A stretch of 62,155 nucleotides of DNA, the filler included, from Vannella sp. (Eukaryota): NCBI GenBank assembly GCA_023345925.1. It is 7 parts of 7 records of this genome, joined end to end, with 100 filler letters (N's around TTAATTAATTAA, not from the genome) between each part and the next. Parts side by side here need not be neighbours in the genome. Positions count along the whole stretch, not along the records: positions 56,731 to 62,155 come from JAJQQN010000723.1; 6 more parts are not named here. One strand, 5' to 3'. The notes beneath the pieces were generated by a model, which saw nothing but the letters and a program-made list of their open reading frames with translations, was not told where the DNA came from and ran no database searches. Each line of letters starts with the position of its first letter. Position 1 is the first letter of the stretch. Made by a program: the position numbers and the translations under genes. This document shows positions 57,142-62,155 of this stretch, piece by piece.

Positions 57142-60100
57142 CTACATTGCCGGGACAGTTTGACTGGACTTGCCTGCACTGAGAAGGATTTTGTTGGTTT
57201 GTCTTACTTGCCAACGAATGTGGACTTCCACCACCAGCACACAAAGGGCAACGATCAAAATGGCTCCCGCAACGAAGCCCATGGACACCCAGGCCAAAGT
57301 ATTGTCTTGAGAGCTACAAGGGTCACTGTTGCTGGAACCCACCAAAAGCAACGCAAAATTGGTCAGATGATCAGTTTCGCCGCACCAAAAGTTGTCTTTC
57401 TTCATGTTGGTGAGACACTCATCTTCGCATCTCCATTTGTTCTTGACTTCGTCAAAGAAGCTCAAGCACACTCTGTCGCTCTTCTTTGTGATGTTGGGTC
57501 GCGGGAAACAGACGGTCAGCTGCGTGTCCAAGCGAGTGATAGAACGCCCATTCTCATCCAGCAAAGTGATGTTCAGAATGCCGCTGAGCAACCTCTGGTT
57601 GGAGGAGTTGAAGGGGCTGGTCTGTCCGCTACCCATGTTGGCAATAATCAACGAGGTATTGAAGACTGCGCTCAAAAAGGGCGAAACAAACAATCTTCCC
57701 ATCACTATGCCACTCGGAAGGGCGGGCATTTCAAACATCTCAGTGGCAGTGAGGTTGCCCAGATAAATGCGCAGCCAATTGTCCGAAGCGTTGGGAGAAA
57801 TGGGGCCGGAGCTGCTCGCCTGGTCTCGACTGGGAACATCATTGCTAACAGACAAACTCGAAGAAGCCAGGCGAGAAGTAGAGATGCTTGGAACTTCTTC
57901 TGAAGTCTCTTTTGGACCAAAAGACGTCACCTGAGATGAGAAGCTCGCACTTTCAAGAGAGTGACCAGTGGAAGGAGAGTTAACCAAAATACTGGAGGAC
58001 GGGGCAATGCTGGGAGATGTCAATACTTCCACTTTCGCAGAAGCACTTTGACTCAGTATCGGAGAGGAGCTTGGAAGGCTTGCCAAACTGCTGGAACTTT
58101 CTGAAAAGAAAGACGAAGCACTAAGAGCAGACGTTATCAATACCGAAGAAGTCCAAGTTTGACTCGGAGAAGCGCTGGTATCCGAAGTTTCGATCTGAGT
58201 AGAAGAAGGGGTAGGTGGGAGACTATGGCTTGAAGAAGAAGTTGTAGTTCGAGAAGAGGTCTCACTGTGGCTTGAAGAGAATCTTGTAGATAAAGTTTCT
58301 CTCTGACTAGGAGAAGAGGTTGACGATACCGAAGAAGTCCCACTTTCGCTTGAAGATGTTGATCCCGAGATAGCCTCACTTGGGCCTATGGAAGGACTAA
58401 CTGTCAGAGTCTCACTATGACTAGGAGAAGAGGATGGCGATGTCGAATGAGTCCCACTGTCGCTTGAAGAAGAGCTGACAGTAGTTGATCTAGAAGGAGT
58501 CTCACTCAGGCTTGAGGAAGGACTAACTGTAGGAGTCTCGCTTTGGCTAGAAGAAGGTGTTGGCGATACGGAAGAAATCCTGCTCTCGCTTGAAGAAGCA
58601 GTGACAGTTATTGATCCAGAAGAAGTCTCACTTATGCTTGAAGAAGGACTAACTGTCGCAGTCTCGCTCTGACTAGAAGAGGAGGACGGTGATTGCGAAT
58701 GAGTCCCACTCTCGCTTGAAGAAGAGCTGCTAGTCAATGTCTCACTCTGACTCGCCGAAGAGCTTTGTGATCCAGAAGGCGTTTCGCTTGGGCTAGGAGA
58801 AGAACTAGAACTGGAAGTTTCAGTAGCACTTGGCGTTTCGCTCATGCTAGAAGTAGGACTGGAACTTTGAGTGTCGCTACAGCTTTGAGTCGCTGAAGAG
58901 CTTGCTGTTTCACTCTCGCTGGGAGTGGAGCTTGGGGAACTCGTCGCCGTTTCGCTCTGGCTTTCAGAGGAGCTGATACTGGGTGTTTCAGAGACACTTG
59001 GTGTCTGGCTCAAGCTTGCGGAAGAAGTCAGGCTTGGGGTCACACTCCTACTACCAGAAATACTCGCAGAACCCGAAGCCGAATCTGTCACGCTTGGGGA
59101 AGGCGAGAAGCTGGTACTTGGAGTTTCTGATGAACTTGCTGTCTCACTGGGAGTCGCAGAAATGCTGAAACTTGGTGATCCTGATGAGCTAGGCGTCTTG
59201 CTTTCACTGGAGCTTGGTGAAAGGCTGGTAGAAGCGCTCGGGGTCTGACTAAACGAGGGGCTTTGTGTGGGAGATGCTGAAACGGTTTTGGTTGGACTAG
59301 AACTAATGGGACAGCCTCCAGTAACGGCATTGCATCCCCCTCCGTTGTAACCAGCCGGGGAACTCCCAGTACAATTGAAGACCTGTCCATACACATTGGT
59401 GGCAGCTCTGTTTGGACTCGGGAATGGTAAATTGCCACATAGGTTGTTATAGCTTAAGTCTAGGGTTTGCAATGTGGTCAAATTCGCCCAAGAAGGAGGA
59501 ACCGCTCCAGAGAGGGAGTTGGAACCCAAATATCTTCAAATCAAAGGACTGGTCAGAAAGCCTTAGCCTTATCAAAGAGAGTCTCTTACACTTGATAGAC
59601 AAATTTCTTATCACTCCACTGCGGTAAAGTTCCGGTGAGAATGTTGCCACTTATCACGCTGAACATACAAATCAGTAAGGAATCAGTTCTTGTTCCTCTT
59701 TGCACTCACATTGATCGGAGTTTAGTCAGAGAAGGCCATTCAGGTAAAGTTCCATTGATTTTCATGTTGCCTGGAAAGTACCTGCTTCTCATCAATCGAC
59801 GATCGCAGCCATTTGATGAAAAAAACTCACAGCTCTTCAAGCAATGTCGAATTGGCGTACGCTGGAAGAGTTCCACTAATCTCGTTGTATCCTATCTGTA
59901 AAGTGGTAAGGAATGTACATTTTTCCCATTCAGGAAGAGTTCCAGATATCTTGTTTGAGGACAGCCGACTAGATCCGGTAGATCTCGTTAGTTTCTTCAG
60001 ATCACACAAAGAGAAAGAAATCATGAGACTCACATATATCGAAGCGCAGTGCGGTTGCGCCATTGTGGCAGGGTACCATTAATCTGGTTACCATTATCGA

Positions 60101-61619
60101 TGTGTCTGCAGCTTCGCTCAGATTGTTGCCCTGACTCAGGAGATCGCTTACATGGATGAAAGTTCCGGTGCTCCACTCCATTCAGGAATAGTTCCTGTTA
60201 AAATGTTTGTCGCCAGATAGCTTCCTCCAATTGTAAATAACTCCCCAAGCCCAATATGACTTGTTCTCACATGCTCCGTAAGTTTTCCATGCGCGGCCAT
60301 TCAGGAAGAGTTCCGTTGAGCTGGCAATTACCAAGGGACCTGATTGGGAATTCATTAGAATAATCTGAGAGGTGAATTCAGTACTAACATTGTATACAAA
60401 GATGTCATATTGGACCATGAAGGAAGAGTACAAGCAAATTTGTTGTTATCCAAACTCCTAACCAGCGAAACTATCAGTGACAAATACTGATTGTTATAAT
60501 CCCGTACAAATACCCAAGCTTAGTCAAGCCAAGCCATTCAGGTAGAGTTCCGGTGATTTTGTTGTTTCCCAAAGACCTAATCCAAACTAATCAGGAGAGC
60601 TCCAGTTTCACATCAAAGAGTACCTACAAACTGATCAGGGCGCTCAGATTGGGCCATTCTGGAAGAGTTCCATTGATTTTGTTTTGGTAGAGATATCTGT
60701 AAGCCGTAAGGAACCGAGAAATGTACAAAAAAAGAGGGTCTTACACCTCCTGGAGTTTTACCATAGTAGCCCATTGTGGAAGAGGACCGGTGACATTGTT
60801 ATCAGTCATAGCCCTTCATATCTTTAGAATCCGCCAAACCTCATCGTAGCAGGCTTACAAGTAAAGGAGACTGGACAAATTGGGCCATTCTGGAATAGAT
60901 CCAATGATTTGATTGCTACTCAGCGTCCTACTTTCGCCCATTAAATCTATTCCATGAATCCAGCTGCACTGACACTTTGTAGAGTTTTGTCATTGTCTGC
61001 CATTGTGGGAGAGTTCCTGTGACTTTGAAGTTGTAATCCAAGTTACTAAGTCGATGAAAATCAGGTTAGACTGCTTTTGCTGATAATGCTGACTCACATA
61101 AACTGGAGATTTGTTAAGTTTGACCATTCTGGAATGCTTCCCGAGATCCGGTTGGCTTCAAAATTTCTGGAAGTGTCTGTCATCAGGTCCCAAGATCATG
61201 CATCGAGTGTCGAGACGTACAAGGCATAAACAGAGAGGAGGCTGGGTCATTCTGGAAGAGTTCCATAAAGGTTGTTCCAAGGGAGCCCTCTGCCCGACAA
61301 TCGGTTAACAGGTGCAAATGCCATGATCGTTTCCTTACAGCGTCTGAAGCCAAGGCATTTGCAAATCAGGAAGGGTGCCAGTCAAGTTGTTACTGTAAAA
61401 ATAGATACGCGTAACGTTCGCTCCATCGCACGTGAGTCCACCCCAGACTGGGAGGTCGCAGGGTTCGGTGGAAGTGTTCCACTTGATAGGACTCCAGAAA
61501 TCACCGTTGGTTGCATTGTACAGAGCAATCAGCGATTCCTTTTGCTTCTCAGGCGCCAAAGGACCCAAACAAGTAACAGCCACGACCAAAGCGAGGAGCA
61601 CGAACCCCCTCCAAGGCAT
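57142..61619 (-). CDS. LRR / Ser-Thr stalk / GAIN-GPS / single-TM receptor; 16 exons; in-frame TGA in exon 2
   Basis: Exons 61619-61339, 61289-61221, 61166-61098, 61045-60974, 60927-60859, 60813-60745, 60696-60628, 60576-60508, 60457-60389, 60339-60271, 60220-60152, 60105-60034, 59968-59831, 59781-59710, 59658-59590, 59533-57142, all introns GT-AG; signal peptide, LRRNT cap (PC..VWGGLTC), NxIxGTLPEW repeats, WCGETDHLTNFALL. Confidence 0.88.
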
Positions 61620-61969
61620 GGCAAAAAGAATAAGAACCTTGGCCGCTCGTTTCCATTTTAGCACCTTGACCCAGGACGCCTCCATGCCCCAGATCGGAAA
61701 GTCAGCCGATCAAAAAAAAAAGTTGCTTAATCATAGTTTAAATGACGCGGAGAGAAATGCAAAGCTTGGCATCCAGAATGAACTTGCGGACGGTTAGAGG
61801 GGGAAATCCTAATTCAGTCGTGAGGTATTTGAGAAAAGCCCACATTTGGGCTAGAAAAGGCTCAAAAAGGGTGTATGATGGCAAAACTTGCAAAATCATT
61901 TAGCCTGTCCGCCCCTTTATGGTGTCATTTCACTTCCATTTTTGATTATGCTCAAGAGAAATGACCGGT

Positions 61970-62155
61970 TTAATTCTCATCAGAGTCATTAAATAGCTCT
62001 TCCTCATCCTCCTCAAAATCCGGTTCGGCATCTGTACGATAGTCGTCCGGAACAATAAAATCGTCATCATCATCTTCATCACCTGCATCAACTATGGGGA
62101 TTGGAGGATGTTCTCTTGGAAAGAATAGTGGGGCTCCGGCGTGCAACTCCGCAGG
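61970..62155 (-). CDS. Acidic C-terminal tail of an unidentified gene continuing beyond the window
   Basis: Open frame ...DAGDEDDDDDFIVPDD...EEELFNDSDEN*. Confidence 0.45.
   Translation of the reverse strand, partial: PAELHAGAPLFFPREHPPIPIVDAGDEDDDDDFIVPDDYRTDAEPDFEEDEEELFNDSDEN

Noticed and set aside
61247..61249. Genome-wide UGA=Trp code or selenocysteine
   Set aside because: TGA terminates other genes here (13028, 34981, 44917, 46573), conserved Trp elsewhere is TGG, and the position is Trp rather than Cys
59533..61339. ~118-bp periodic repeat resembling a CRISPR or repeat-spacer array
   Set aside because: Fully explained as LRR exons plus GT-AG introns; repeats are degenerate at codon level; no cas genes

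Overview
Eukaryotic, very gene-dense protist DNA; the gene content is compatible with an amoebozoan-like lineage, but that is inference. The window is seven contigs joined by artificial 100-nt N/TTAATTAATTAA linkers, so neighbourhoods across linkers mean nothing. Genes have short GT-AG introns (mostly 40-75 nt), so most ORF-track entries are exon fragments or antisense shadows. About 38 genes or gene fragments can be supported, mostly housekeeping (NOC3, RPA43, RPS19, eIF1, PEX16, PDHA, mL43, PTS, MAP2K, Kv channel, GH20, GST). Most notable: (1) a 16-exon surface receptor gene (signal peptide, about 18 LRRs, Ser/Thr stalk, GPS autoproteolysis motif, one TM) whose LRRs sit on interchangeable phase-2 exons, one of which has TGA at the conserved Trp; (2) a ~150-bp dispersed non-coding element in 5 copies; (3) a YCATTY initiator-like motif just upstream of many ATGs; (4) bacterial-type cryptochrome DASH and formylglutamate amidohydrolase genes; (5) an atypical Rho GTPase, a 4xCHRD surface protein, and a C-terminal KSAR motif shared by two unrelated repeat proteins. 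Gene boundaries were parsed by eye, and family calls are motif recognition rather than database searches.
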